From Alphaproteobacteria bacterium (GTDB lineage Bacteria; Pseudomonadota; Alphaproteobacteria; UBA828), in NCBI GenBank assembly GCA_050173345.1, contig JBFXKW010000001.1:678342-742341 (forward strand): DNA of 64,000 nt. Direction: 5' to 3'. Shown here one piece after another: positions 9,479 through 20,474 of this stretch (the stretch's first letter is position 1; every line of letters starts with the position of its first letter). The position numbers and the translations under genes are program-made. The notes beneath the pieces are model-generated. The model was not told where the DNA came from. It did not search any database and saw only the letters and a program-made list of their open reading frames with translations.

Positions 9479-10254
9479 CTCCCCTTGAACTTGGGCGCAC
9501 GTTTCTCGACGAAGGCGGCCATGCCCTCCTTCTGGTCCTCGGCCGCGAAGCACAACGCGAACGCCTTGGCCTCGGCGGCGAGCGCTGATTCGAGATCGGC
9601 GTTCGCCGTGATGTCGAGCACGCTCTTGATCTGGGCGAGCGCGACCGGGCTCAGGCTCGCCAGCGCCTCGGCCTTCTTGAGCGCGAGGTCGGCGAGCGAG
9701 GCAGCGGGCACGAGCTCGCTTACGATGCCGAGCTGATAGGCGCGCTCGGCCGAGATCATGTCGCCGGTGAGACACAGCGCGCGGGCGATCGCGGGGCCGA
9801 CGATGCGCGAGAGCCGCGCCGTGCCGCCGCCGCCCGGCAGCACCGCGAGCTTGACCTCGGGCAGGCCGAAGCGCGCCGTCTCCGCGGCGAGCCGGATGTC
9901 GCAGGCGAGCGCGAGCTCGAAGCCGCCGCCGAGCGCGAAGCCGTTGATCGCCGCGATCACCGGCTTCGGGCAGCGCGCGATCGCGTCATGCACCGCCTTG
10001 GAGGAGCGTGCCAGCGCCTCGGCCTCGCGCGGGCCGATGTTCGCCATCTCCTTGATGTCGGCGCCGGCGACGAACGCCTTTTCGCCCGCACCGGTCAGGA
10101 TCACCGCGCGCACGCCCTCGTCGCCTGCGATGCGCTCGAACGCCGCCTTGAGCGCGGCGTTGACCGCGGCGTCGAGCGCGTTCAGCGCCTCGGGCCGGTT
10201 GATGGTGAGCCGCTCGACCGCGCCGATGCGCTCGGCGAGCAGAACTTCCGCCAC
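9475..10254 (-). CDS. Enoyl-CoA hydratase (crotonase family)
   Basis: NRPEALNAL, AFVAGADI, GGGFELALACD, PEVKL (both catalytic Glu present). Confidence 0.93.
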   Translation of the reverse strand: MAEVLLAERIGAVERLTINRPEALNALDAAVNAALKAAFERIAGDEGVRAVILTGAGEKAFVAGADIKEMANIGPREAEALARSSKAVHDAIARCPKPVIAAINGFALGGGFELALACDIRLAAETARFGLPEVKLAVLPGGGGTARLSRIVGPAIARALCLTGDMISAERAYQLGIVSELVPAASLADLALKKAEALASLSPVALAQIKSVLDITANADLESALAAEAKAFALCFAAEDQKEGMAAFVEKRAPKFKGR

Positions 10255-10260
10255 GACCGC

Positions 10261-11121
10261 TCAGCCCTTCTCGTAGCGGTACCAGCCGCGGCCATAGCGG
10301 CGGCCGTTATAGCCGGCCTTGACCATCTGCTTCATCAGCGGGCGCGGCAGGAAGCGGTCGCCATAGGCCTTGTGCAGGATTTCCTGCACGTCGAGCGTGA
10401 GGTTGTTGGTGACGCCGTCCATCAGGCGGAACGGGCCGACCGGCAGGCCCATGCCGAGCCGGCACGCGGTGTCGATGTCCTCGGGCGTGGCGACGCCCTC
10501 TTCGACCAGCCGTATCGCCTCGATCCAGAAGATATGGATCAGCCGGTTGACCGCGAAGCCGACCACATCCTTGATTCTCACCGGCGTCTTGCCGGCCTCC
10601 TGGCACAACGAGAAAGCCGCCGTGACCGTCTCCTCCGCAGTGTCGAGGCCGGGGATCACCTCGACGAGCCCCATGCGCGAAACCGGCGAGAAGAAGTGCG
10701 TGCCGAGGAAGCGGCCGCGCCGCGCGGCCGGCCAGTAGGACGACAGCACCGTGATCGGGATGCTCGACGTGTTGCTGGCGATCAGGCAATCGGGGCCGAG
10801 GATGGGGTCGAGCTTCCTGTAGGTCTCGCCCTTGACCGCCTCGTCCTCGAACACCGCCTCGATCACCGCCTCGCGGTCGGCATAGTGGCCGAGGTCGAGC
10901 GTGGTCTCGATATTGCCGAGCGCGCGGTCCTTGTCCTCGGGCTTGTAGAAGCCGCGCTGGATGCCCTTGTCGAGGATCCCGCCGAGATTGCTCATCGCCT
11001 TGTCGAGCGAAGCCTGGTCGCGGTCGGTCAGCCACACCTGCTTGCCGGCGAGCGCCATCACCAGCGCGATCTCGGAGCCCATCATGCCGGCGCCGACCAC
11101 GCCGATCCTGTTCAACGCCAT
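10261..11121 (-). CDS. 3-hydroxyacyl-CoA dehydrogenase
   Basis: GAGMMG, EAVFE, SNTSS, HFFSP, GFAVNR, PVGPF. Confidence 0.93.
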   Translation of the reverse strand: MALNRIGVVGAGMMGSEIALVMALAGKQVWLTDRDQASLDKAMSNLGGILDKGIQRGFYKPEDKDRALGNIETTLDLGHYADREAVIEAVFEDEAVKGETYRKLDPILGPDCLIASNTSSIPITVLSSYWPAARRGRFLGTHFFSPVSRMGLVEVIPGLDTAEETVTAAFSLCQEAGKTPVRIKDVVGFAVNRLIHIFWIEAIRLVEEGVATPEDIDTACRLGMGLPVGPFRLMDGVTNNLTLDVQEILHKAYGDRFLPRPLMKQMVKAGYNGRRYGRGWYRYEKG

Positions 11122-11142
11122 GTCTCTCCCCTTTGGAAACGC

Positions 11143-12333
11143 TCAGTGCGTCGTGACGTTCTCGATCAGCATGGCGAGGCCTTGCCCTGCGCCCATGCAC
11201 ATACTGATGATCGCGTAGCGCTGGCCGGTCTCCCTTAGATGCTGCATGGCGACCAACGTCATGCGCGCGCCGGTCGCGCCGGGCGGGTGGCCGATCGAGA
11301 TGCCGCCGCCGTAAAGATTGGTCTTCTCGCGGCTCACGCTGAGCTGGCTCTCGGCGAACAGGCTCACGGCAGCGAACGCCTCGTTGATCTCGTAATAGTC
11401 GACATCGCCGGCCTTCATGCCGCGCCTCTCGAGTAGCTTCCTGATCGCGGGCACCGGGCCGCAGCCCATGATGCGCGGCGGCACGCCGACGATCGCCCAA
11501 TCGACGATGCGCGCGATCGGCTCGACGCTGAGCGTCTCCGCCGCCTTGCGCTCGGCGACCACGACCATCGCCGCGCCGTCGGTGACGCCGCTCGAATTGC
11601 CGGCGGTCACCTTGCCGTCCTTACGGAACACCGGGCCCATCTTGGCCAGCTTCTCAGCCGTGATGTCGGGGCGCGGATACTCGTCGTCCGTCATCAGGCG
11701 CGTGGTCTTGCCGTCCTTCACCTCGATCGGCGCGATCTGGCGCGCGAGGAAGCCGGAGGCGATCGCGGCGCCGGCGCGTTGCTGGCTCATCACCGCCCAT
11801 TCGTCCATGGGTGGACGCGCGATCTGATAGTCATCGGCGAGGTTCTCCGCGGTCTCGCCCATCAATTGCAGGCTGAACGGGTCGCGATAGGCCCAATCGA
11901 GCGAATCGATCATGGTCTGCGGCCCGCGCTTGTGGCCCCAGCGGGCCGAGGTCACGACATAAGGCGCGCGCGAGAAGTTCTCGCCGCCGCCCGCGACCGC
12001 GACCTTGCCGTGGCCGCTCATGATCTGCTCGGCGGCCGAGATGATCGCCTGCGAGCCCGAGCCGCAGGCGCGGCTGACGTTGAGCGCCGCGCTCTCGACC
12101 GGCAGGCCGGACTCGATCGCGACATAGCGCGCCGCGAGGTAGCCTTCCTGGTCAACGGGCAGCACGTTGCCCCATACCAGGTGATCCACCTTGCCGGGAT
12201 CGAGCCGGGCGGCGCCGAGGCACGCCTTGGTCGCATGCACGCCGAGCCGGCCCAGGGGAATATCGCGCAGCGACTTGCCGAAATCGCCGAATGGCGTGCG
12301 CTTGCCGCCGGCGAGGATGATCTCCGTGCTCAT
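11143..12333 (-). CDS. Thiolase (acetyl-CoA C-acyltransferase)
   Basis: RTPFG, RACGSG, NEAF, GHPPGATG, CMGAGQG; start MSTEIIL. Confidence 0.94.
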   Translation of the reverse strand: MSTEIILAGGKRTPFGDFGKSLRDIPLGRLGVHATKACLGAARLDPGKVDHLVWGNVLPVDQEGYLAARYVAIESGLPVESAALNVSRACGSGSQAIISAAEQIMSGHGKVAVAGGGENFSRAPYVVTSARWGHKRGPQTMIDSLDWAYRDPFSLQLMGETAENLADDYQIARPPMDEWAVMSQQRAGAAIASGFLARQIAPIEVKDGKTTRLMTDDEYPRPDITAEKLAKMGPVFRKDGKVTAGNSSGVTDGAAMVVVAERKAAETLSVEPIARIVDWAIVGVPPRIMGCGPVPAIRKLLERRGMKAGDVDYYEINEAFAAVSLFAESQLSVSREKTNLYGGGISIGHPPGATGARMTLVAMQHLRETGQRYAIISMCMGAGQGLAMLIENVTTH

Positions 12334-12421
12334 GGGAACCCGCAATCCGTTGTCGTGGAGGCCGGGCCCAGGCCCGGCGGTCGGCCCGGATTCTAAGGCC
12401 GGCGGGGCGGTGGTCAACGTT

Positions 12422-12445
12422 TTGAATGACGATTTTGTAAGACAA
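12422..12445. promoter_or_regulatory. Tandem palindromic operator, copy 2 (between divergent thiolase and gntR)
   Basis: TTGAATGACGA-TT-TTGTAAGACAA. Confidence 0.65.
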
Positions 12446-12493
12446 GATTTATCATTGGCCGAATCTTGGAAGAGACCCCGAGTGATGGACAGC

Positions 12494-13213
12494 ATGAACG
12501 TCCCGGCCCGGCAGACGGGGGCGCAGCGCCCGGCCGGCCAGGCCGGCGAGAAACACGGCCCGAGCTCGCCCGACCAGGTGGTCGCGGCGCTGATCCGCGG
12601 CCTCCAGGCCGGCCGCTACGTGCCCGGCCAGCGCCTCATCGAGGCGGACCTGACCAAGGAGCTCAAGGTCTCGCGCGGTCCGGTGCGCGAGGCGCTCAAG
12701 CGGCTCGCCGCGGAAGGGCTGGTCAGCCTGGTCCCCCATCGGGGCGCCTATATCCGCGCGCTGACCCGCGACGAGGTGCACGACATGCTGGTGGTCCAGG
12801 AGATGCTGACCGGGCTTGCCGCGCGCCTCGCCGCCGTGGTGATCGACCAGGGCCGCAACCGGGAAGAGTTCAAGGAGGCCTATCAGCGTCTGCTCGCCTT
12901 CCGCGACCGCACCGACGGCATCGCCTTCCTCGAGGAGCGTTCGCGCTTCTATGGCACCATGATCAGGATCGGCGGCAATCGCGAGCTCAGGCGCATGATG
13001 CCGGCCCTGCAGCTCCACCTTCTGCGCATGCAGTTCCACCAGCACCTGACGCCGAAGGACCGTGCCCGCCAGTTCGAGGAGTATGACGCGCTGGTCAACG
13101 CGATCCTCGACAACCAGCCGAACGAAGCGGAGCGGCTGACCCGCCAGCACATCAGGCGCACCCGGCTCAGCATCGAACGCCTGCCGGACGAGGTGTTCGC
13201 CTCCATCATCTAG
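12494..13213 (+). CDS. GntR-family transcriptional regulator with FCD domain
   Basis: PGQRLIEADL..VSRGPVREAL..EGLV..PHRGA winged helix plus helical FCD domain; alternative ATG at 12485. Confidence 0.93.
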   Translation: MNVPARQTGAQRPAGQAGEKHGPSSPDQVVAALIRGLQAGRYVPGQRLIEADLTKELKVSRGPVREALKRLAAEGLVSLVPHRGAYIRALTRDEVHDMLVVQEMLTGLAARLAAVVIDQGRNREEFKEAYQRLLAFRDRTDGIAFLEERSRFYGTMIRIGGNRELRRMMPALQLHLLRMQFHQHLTPKDRARQFEEYDALVNAILDNQPNEAERLTRQHIRRTRLSIERLPDEVFASII

Positions 13214-13995
13214 GCGACGTTCCGCTTCACCTGCTCGATCAGGCCGGCCGCAAAGGCAGGGGCCCCGCGCCAAGCCAAGTGGAAGGCTTGATTGATGGAG
13301 CCCCAATCGAGGTCGTACTGGAGCAGCAGCAGGTTCAGCGCGCTGCGGGAGTAGATCGAGACGTGGCCGTTGCGTGGCCCGATATACCACCAGGAGAGGC
13401 CGATGCGCTCGATCTCCTCGGGCTGCAGCAAGGTCGAGAAGTAGATGACGCCATCATCGCCGATCAGCTCGTCGAGGGAAGACAGGAGCCGGTGCGGATC
13501 GTTCTCGTGCTCGAACACCTCGAAGCAGGTCAGCAGGTCGAAGCGCCCTTCGGGGCGCCGGGAGAAGACGGGGTTGTGCAGGTCGTAGGTCTCGGCCCGC
13601 CTGAAATCTGCCTGGCGCAGGCGTTCGGCAAGCAGCCCGCCGCCCCCGCCATAGTCCAGGCAGGAAAGCCTGTCACGGTGCGCGCCGAACCGCTTGATGA
13701 TCGTGTCGGCGTTCGCGCGCGGCCGGCTCTCGGCATAGTCGGGATCGACCTTGATATAGTCGGCGTTGTAGATCCACGCCGCGAAATCGTCCGCCGACCA
13801 CTCATCGAAAGCGTCGGTGAAGATGAAGCTGCAGGCGCCGCAGCGATAATAGTGGACCGGCACGCCGCTCTTCGGCAGGCGGCCGGTGCGGTTCTCAGAG
13901 CAATGCTTGTTGAAGTCCGCCACCCCGAAGCGTGGCGCGTCGGCGCCGCAAACCTTGCAGGCGCTCAGCGCGACGCCCGGGGCCGGCGCCTTCAC
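13210..13995 (-). CDS. Class I SAM-dependent methyltransferase with N-terminal Cys (Zn-binding) region
   Basis: CKVC..DFNKHC..YYRCGAC, LDYGGGGG, CFEVFEH, PRNGHVS; probable GTG start at 13995. Confidence 0.82.
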   Translation of the reverse strand: MKAPAPGVALSACKVCGADAPRFGVADFNKHCSENRTGRLPKSGVPVHYYRCGACSFIFTDAFDEWSADDFAAWIYNADYIKVDPDYAESRPRANADTIIKRFGAHRDRLSCLDYGGGGGLLAERLRQADFRRAETYDLHNPVFSRRPEGRFDLLTCFEVFEHENDPHRLLSSLDELIGDDGVIYFSTLLQPEEIERIGLSWWYIGPRNGHVSIYSRSALNLLLLQYDLDWGSINQAFHLAWRGAPAFAAGLIEQVKRNVA

Positions 13996-14005
13996 GACAT
14001 CGCAC

Positions 14006-15298
<1,293 letters not shown>

Positions 15299-15360
15299 GG
15301 CTCGGCTCCGCTTCTGAATGGGCTCTCCCGGCTGGTATTGTAGCGCGGGGCGGGTACGCC

Positions 15361-15384
15361 CTGTCCGACAAAATTGTCCTAAGA
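15361..15384. promoter_or_regulatory. Tandem palindromic operator, copy 3 (between divergent ACAD and SDR)
   Basis: CTGTCCGACAA-AA-TTGTCCTAAGA. Confidence 0.68.
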
Positions 15385-15396
15385 TCGGGGGCTGCG

Positions 15397-16137
15397 ATGG
15401 CCATTCTGGTGACCGGCGGAACCAAGGGGATCGGACTCGATGTCGCACTCGCCTTCGCCGAGCCCGCCGCCGACGTGTTCCTAAACTACCACGCGGACGA
15501 GGCGGCTGCGAACGAGGCCAAGGCCAGGGTCGAGGCCAGGGGTGCGCGCTGCCACCTGCTGCGCGGCGATGTCGGCGTGCCCGACGAGGCGAGACGAATC
15601 GTCGCACGGGTCGGCGCCGTCACGGATCGGCTCGACCAGCTCGTCCATTGCGCCGTCAAGGTCGTCGCGAAGCCCGCGCTTGAGATCACGCCCGAGGAGC
15701 TCGCCGCCGCGACCGGCATCAACGGCCTCGCGCTGCACACGTTGGTGCAGGCAGCCCTGCCGCTGTTCCGGCGCGGCAGCAGCGTGTTCTTCCTGTCGAG
15801 CCGGGGCGGCCGGATAGTGATCCCGAACTATGCGGCGATCGGCATCGGCAAGGCGCTCGCCGAATCGCTGGTGCGCTATCTCGCGGTCGAGCTCGCGCCG
15901 AGAGGGGTGCGGATCAACTGCATCGCGCCCTCGGTGGTCGAGACCGACGCGGTCAAGGCCGTCTTCGGCGACAAGACCGAGGGGATCATGCGCCACGCCG
16001 CCGAGGACAATCCGAGCGGCCGCGCCGTCAGCCCTGAGGACTACACCAGCCTGATCCGCTATCTCGCGAGCCCGGCCGCCGCGTTCATCCAGGGCCAGGT
16101 CATCTACGTCAACGGCGGCCACAACCTGATGGGCTGA
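15397..16137 (+). CDS. Atypical SDR, FabL-like enoyl-thioester reductase
   Basis: TGGTKGIG; Y-x6-K (YAAIGIGK) instead of YxxxK; [12 protein letters not shown]. Confidence 0.85.
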   Translation: MAILVTGGTKGIGLDVALAFAEPAADVFLNYHADEAAANEAKARVEARGARCHLLRGDVGVPDEARRIVARVGAVTDRLDQLVHCAVKVVAKPALEITPEELAAATGINGLALHTLVQAALPLFRRGSSVFFLSSRGGRIVIPNYAAIGIGKALAESLVRYLAVELAPRGVRINCIAPSVVETDAVKAVFGDKTEGIMRHAAEDNPSGRAVSPEDYTSLIRYLASPAAAFIQGQVIYVNGGHNLMG

Positions 16138-16179
16138 ACCGTTTTGCCGCGACGCCCGAGTGGTGCCCCATCTCATATC

Positions 16180-16253
16180 GTCGTCCCCCGGCTTGACCGG
16201 GGGGACCCAGATCTTTCGCCAGCCCTGGATGCCCCGCCTTCGCGGGGCATGAC
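16180..16253. repeat. Palindromic REP-like repeat family A, copy 2
   Basis: GTCGTCCCCCGGCTTGACCGGGGGGACCCAG ... CTGGATGCCCCGCCTTCGCGGGGCATGAC. Confidence 0.82.
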
Positions 16254-16291
16254 GTCAATAGGAGCGTCAGGAGCGATTTGGTTCGGCGCCT

Positions 16292-17464
16292 TCAGCCGAG
16301 CCGCTCGATCAGCGTCGCGTTCGCCATGCCGCCCGATTCGCACATGGCGACCAGGCCGCGCCTGCCGCCCGATTCCTCGAGCCCGCGCACCAGGCTCATC
16401 ACCAGCCGCCCGCCCGAGGCGCCGACCGGATGGCCGAACGCGATGGCGCCGCCATCGACATTGACCCGCGCCGGATCGGCGCCGGTCTCGGCCAGCCAGG
16501 CGAGCACGACGGAGGCGAACGCCTCGTTGACCTCGAAGCGGTCGATGTCCTCGATGCCGAGGCCGGCACGGCTCAGCAGCTTGCGTGTCGCCGGGATGAT
16601 CCCGGTCAGCATCATCACCGGGTCGTCGCCCATTACCGCGAAGTGGGTGAGCGCTGCGCGCGGCACGAGGCCCAGCTTCGCTGCGACCGACTCCTCCGCG
16701 AGCAGCAGCGCCGCCGCGCCGTCGGTGACCTGGCTCGAATTGCCGGCCGTCACCGACCAGCGGATTTCGGGAAAGCGCGCGAGCGCGACCGGATCCTCGA
16801 AGGCCGGCTTGAGCGATGCGAGCTTTTCCAGCGAGGTGTCGGCGCGGATACCTTCATCACGCACAACACCGTCGACCGGCACGATCTCGCGCGCCAGCGC
16901 GCCGCGCCGTTCCGCCTCGGCCGCCCGCTGGTGCGATTTCAGCGCGAAGGCATCCATCGCCTCGCGGCCGAGCTGCCAGCGCGCCGCGATCAGCTCCGCC
17001 GAGATGCCCTGGTGCACCAGGCCGTCAGGATAGCGCGCATGGAACATCGGCCCGAGGCTGTCCTTGCCGAGGCGGTTCGCGCGCATCGGCACGCGCGACA
17101 TCATCTCGACCCCGCCCGCGACCACCAGGTCATAGGCGCCCGCGATGATGCCCTGCGCGGCGAAGTCGATCGCCTGCTGCGCCGAGCCGCATTTGCGGTC
17201 GATGGTGACGCCGGGCACGCTGGCCGGCAGGCCGGCCGCGAGCCAGGCCTGGCGCGCGATGTTGGCGGCCTGCTCGCCGACCTGGATGACACAGCCCGCG
17301 ATCAGGTCTTCGATGCGCTCGGGCTCGATATCGGCGCGCTCGACCAGCGCCTTGAGGGTCAGCGCGAACAGATCGACCGGGTGCAGGTGCGCCAGCGCGC
17401 CGCCCTCCCGCCCCTTGGCGAAGGGCGAGCGCACCGCCTCGACGATCACGGCGCGCCTCACCAT
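16292..17464 (-). CDS. Thiolase (acetyl-CoA C-acyltransferase)
   Basis: DRKCGS, NEAF, GHPVGASG, MCESGG. Confidence 0.94.
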   Translation of the reverse strand: MVRRAVIVEAVRSPFAKGREGGALAHLHPVDLFALTLKALVERADIEPERIEDLIAGCVIQVGEQAANIARQAWLAAGLPASVPGVTIDRKCGSAQQAIDFAAQGIIAGAYDLVVAGGVEMMSRVPMRANRLGKDSLGPMFHARYPDGLVHQGISAELIAARWQLGREAMDAFALKSHQRAAEAERRGALAREIVPVDGVVRDEGIRADTSLEKLASLKPAFEDPVALARFPEIRWSVTAGNSSQVTDGAAALLLAEESVAAKLGLVPRAALTHFAVMGDDPVMMLTGIIPATRKLLSRAGLGIEDIDRFEVNEAFASVVLAWLAETGADPARVNVDGGAIAFGHPVGASGGRLVMSLVRGLEESGGRRGLVAMCESGGMANATLIERLG

Positions 17465-17496
17465 GCCGCGCTCCCAGAAATCTCACTCGCGGCCCC

Positions 17497-17596
17497 ACCC
17501 CCACCCTTCCCTCCCCCTTCAAGGGGGAGGGAGAAGAAAGGGAGGGCTTGCCCAGCGCCCCCTCCCCCCTTGAGGGGGAGGGTTGGGGTAGGGGGT
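17497..17596. repeat. C/G-rich palindromic repeat family B
   Basis: ACCCCCACCCTTCCCTCCCCCTTCAAGGGGGAGGG ... CCCTCCCCCCTTGAGGGGGAGGGTTGGGGTAGGGGGT; two inverted hairpin arms. Confidence 0.8.
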
Positions 17597-17621
17597 AGCC
17601 GCCGCATGGACCCCTGCCCTC

Positions 17622-19091
17622 TCACACCGCACGGCGCAAGGTGAGGTTCAGCTCGCTGCTCCTGATCTCGACATAGGCGCTCTTGGCCAGCGTCATCAGC
17701 CGGCGCGCCTGGTCGAGCTCGGGCGAGGAGAGCAGCGGGAAATCCCGCTTGACCGGGCCGGCCGCGCGCATGCGGTTCAGGTCGGCCTCGGGCACCAGCG
17801 CGCGCAGGATCAGCTCGTCATCGTCGTCGGTGCCGTAGCGCTTGCGCAGCGCCTCGATGGTCGGCTGCTCGGGCGGGTTGGCGAGCACCTCCTTGGCGCG
17901 CGGCGCGCTCATGATCCGGTCGAGCACGTCGGGCTCGATCGGTGCCACCGTCTGCCCGTAATAGCCGGCGGCATACTGGATCACCTCGTCGGGAATCACG
18001 GCGTAGCGCTTGCCCGAAACGATGTTGAGCACGGCGAGCGTGCCGACGAGCTGCGAGAACGGCGTCGCCATGCCGGGATAGCCGAGCTCGCGGCGCACCC
18101 GCGCGGTCTCCTCCAGCACCTCGGGCAGCTTCTCGGCCATGCCGTGCTGCACGAGCTGCGCCTTGAGCGTGCCCATCATGCCGCCCGGGATCTGGTGCTG
18201 GGCATGGAACAGGTCGTACTCGTGCATCTGGTTGACCGGGAAGCCCGCGGCGCGGCCGACCTTCTCGAAATGCTCGGCGATCGGCGGCAGCAGCGATTCG
18301 TCGAGGCCGTGGCTGAGGCCGAGGATCGCGATGTTGCTGAGCATCACCTCGGTCGAGGGCACGGACGGGCCGTTCGCCATCGGCCGGCTCGCTGTATGCA
18401 GGATGGTGACGCCGAGCCTGATCGCCTCGACATAGGCGATCGCGGACGCGCCGAGGATGTTGTTGGAATGGAACTCGAGCGGCTTGCCGTGCGACTTCGC
18501 CATCACGGCCGGGAACAGCGTGCGCATCCGGTCGGGGTTGAGCACGCCGGCGGTATCGTAGAACAGGATGGTGTCGATATTGGGCGAGGCGGATATCTTG
18601 TCCGCCATGTCGGCGTAGTAGGCGTCGGTATGCACCGGCGAGAGCGTGAACATGATCGCGCCGGCAACCTCGGCCTCGAACTGCTTCGCGATGCCGGCGA
18701 GGCGGTGCATCTTGTCGATGTTGAAGAGCACGTCGTAGATCCAGAAGCTGCGGCAGCCATGCACGCAGAGCTGGCGCATCCACGCATCCATCAGCGCATC
18801 CGGCGTGACGCCGAAGGTGACGGAGGCGTTCGAGCGCATGCCGCCGCGCACCCGGCTGCGCGGCATGGACTGCACCAGGAGATCGAGCCCTTCCCACGGG
18901 TTCTCGTTGCAGTGGCGGATCAGCACCTCGAACAGCGAGCTACCGGTGAGGTCGACGACGCGGAAGCCGACGCGGTCGACGGTCGGCGTGATCGGCAGCG
19001 CCATGCCCGCCTGCATGCGCATGCCCCACAAGCTCTGCTGGCCGTCGCGCATGGTCTCGTCGACGAACTCGATGTGCGCCATGGCGCTCAC
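17622..19091 (-). CDS. Stand-alone carboxyltransferase subunit (pyruvate carboxylase CT / OadA / transcarboxylase 5S fold; XccA-like)
   Basis: DETMRDGQQSL, HQIPGGM, RRELGYPGMATPFSQLVG; no biotinyl domain; GTGA overlap with the biotin carboxylase stop (alternative ATG at 19082). Confidence 0.88.
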   Translation of the reverse strand: MSAMAHIEFVDETMRDGQQSLWGMRMQAGMALPITPTVDRVGFRVVDLTGSSLFEVLIRHCNENPWEGLDLLVQSMPRSRVRGGMRSNASVTFGVTPDALMDAWMRQLCVHGCRSFWIYDVLFNIDKMHRLAGIAKQFEAEVAGAIMFTLSPVHTDAYYADMADKISASPNIDTILFYDTAGVLNPDRMRTLFPAVMAKSHGKPLEFHSNNILGASAIAYVEAIRLGVTILHTASRPMANGPSVPSTEVMLSNIAILGLSHGLDESLLPPIAEHFEKVGRAAGFPVNQMHEYDLFHAQHQIPGGMMGTLKAQLVQHGMAEKLPEVLEETARVRRELGYPGMATPFSQLVGTLAVLNIVSGKRYAVIPDEVIQYAAGYYGQTVAPIEPDVLDRIMSAPRAKEVLANPPEQPTIEALRKRYGTDDDDELILRALVPEADLNRMRAAGPVKRDFPLLSSPELDQARRLMTLAKSAYVEIRSSELNLTLRRAV

Positions 19092-20455
19092 CCCCCGCCC
19101 GCGTTGAACGCCGGCAGGAACGTGCCTTCGAGCCAGCGCGTGTTGAATCTATTGGCGGCGAAGTCGGGATGGCCGAGCAGCGCCGCGTGGAAGCCGAGAT
19201 TGGTCGCGATGCCTTCGATGCGAAAACCCGCGACCGCGTCGGCCGCGCGCCCGATCGCGTCGGCGCGGTCATGGCCGCGCACGATCAGCTTGCCGATCAT
19301 CGAATCGTAGAACGGCGGCACCAGATAGCCGGCGCGGCAATGGCTGTCGAGCCTGAGCCACGGCCCGTCCGGCGGCCGCCAGCCGGCGATGCGGCCCGGC
19401 GACGGCACGAAGTTGCGCCGCGGGTCCTCGGCGTTGATGCGGAGCTCGATGGCATGGCCTTGCGTCCGGATGTCCTGCTGCGCCGGCCCGAGCGGCTCGC
19501 CGCCCGCGACCTTCAACTGAAGCTGCACCAGGTCGTGGCCGGTCACCGCCTCGGTCACCGGGTGCTCGACCTGGATTCGCGCATTGACCTCGATGAAGAA
19601 GAACTCCTCGCGGTCGGCATCGTAGAGGAACTCGACCGTGCCGGCGTTGCGATAGGCGACATGGCCGGTGAGCCTGACCGCCGCCTCATGCATGGCCCGG
19701 CGCACCTTGGCCGGCAGGATCGCCGCCGGCGCCTCCTCGACGACCTTCTGGTAGCGGCGCTGCGCCGAGCAGTCGCGCTCGCCGAACTGCAGCACCGTGC
19801 CCTTGCCGTCGCCGACCACCTGGACCTCGACATGGCGTGCGTTCGCGATGTAGCGCTCCATGTAGAGCGTGCCGTCGCCGAAGGCGGCGCGCGCCTCCTC
19901 CGACGCGCGGTCGAAGCGCGCGTCGATCTCGCTTGGAACCTCGGCGACGAACATGCCGCGCCCGCCGCCGCCCGCCGCGGCCTTGGTCACCACCGGATAG
20001 CCGATGCCTTCTGCCGCCTTTCTGGCCTGCGCCGCGGTCGCGATCTCGCCGGTGCCGGGCACCACCGGCACGCCGGCACGCTCGGCGACGTGCCGCGCGG
20101 AAATCTTGTCGCCGAGCTGCTCGATCGATTCGGGCGTCGGCCCGACGAAGACGATGCCGTTCTCCGCGCACAGCCGCGCGAACGGCGCACGCTCGGAGAG
20201 GAAGCCATAGCCCGGATGCAGCGCGTCGCAACCCGCGCCGCGCGCGGCATGGACGATCGCCTGCATGTTGAGGTAGCTGTCCTTCGCCGCCGCCGGCCCG
20301 ATGACGACGGCGCGGTCGGCCATTTCCGCGCCGAGGCTGTCGCGATCGGCCGCCGAGACGCCGAGCACGGTCTCGAGGCCGAGCGCCCGCGCCGCGCGGA
20401 TGATGCGCACCGCGATCTCGCCCCGGTTGGCGATGAAGAGGCGCTGGATCGTCAT
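19088..20455 (-). CDS. accC: Biotin carboxylase subunit
   Basis: IANRGEIA, HPGYGFLSE, KAAAGGGGRGM, ERDCSAQRRYQK, EVNARIQVEHPVTE, RINAED, YDSMIGK. Confidence 0.94.
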   Translation of the reverse strand: MTIQRLFIANRGEIAVRIIRAARALGLETVLGVSAADRDSLGAEMADRAVVIGPAAAKDSYLNMQAIVHAARGAGCDALHPGYGFLSERAPFARLCAENGIVFVGPTPESIEQLGDKISARHVAERAGVPVVPGTGEIATAAQARKAAEGIGYPVVTKAAAGGGGRGMFVAEVPSEIDARFDRASEEARAAFGDGTLYMERYIANARHVEVQVVGDGKGTVLQFGERDCSAQRRYQKVVEEAPAAILPAKVRRAMHEAAVRLTGHVAYRNAGTVEFLYDADREEFFFIEVNARIQVEHPVTEAVTGHDLVQLQLKVAGGEPLGPAQQDIRTQGHAIELRINAEDPRRNFVPSPGRIAGWRPPDGPWLRLDSHCRAGYLVPPFYDSMIGKLIVRGHDRADAIGRAADAVAGFRIEGIATNLGFHAALLGHPDFAANRFNTRWLEGTFLPAFNAGGG

Positions 20456-20474
20456 GGCGCGAGGCCGGGTTCGC

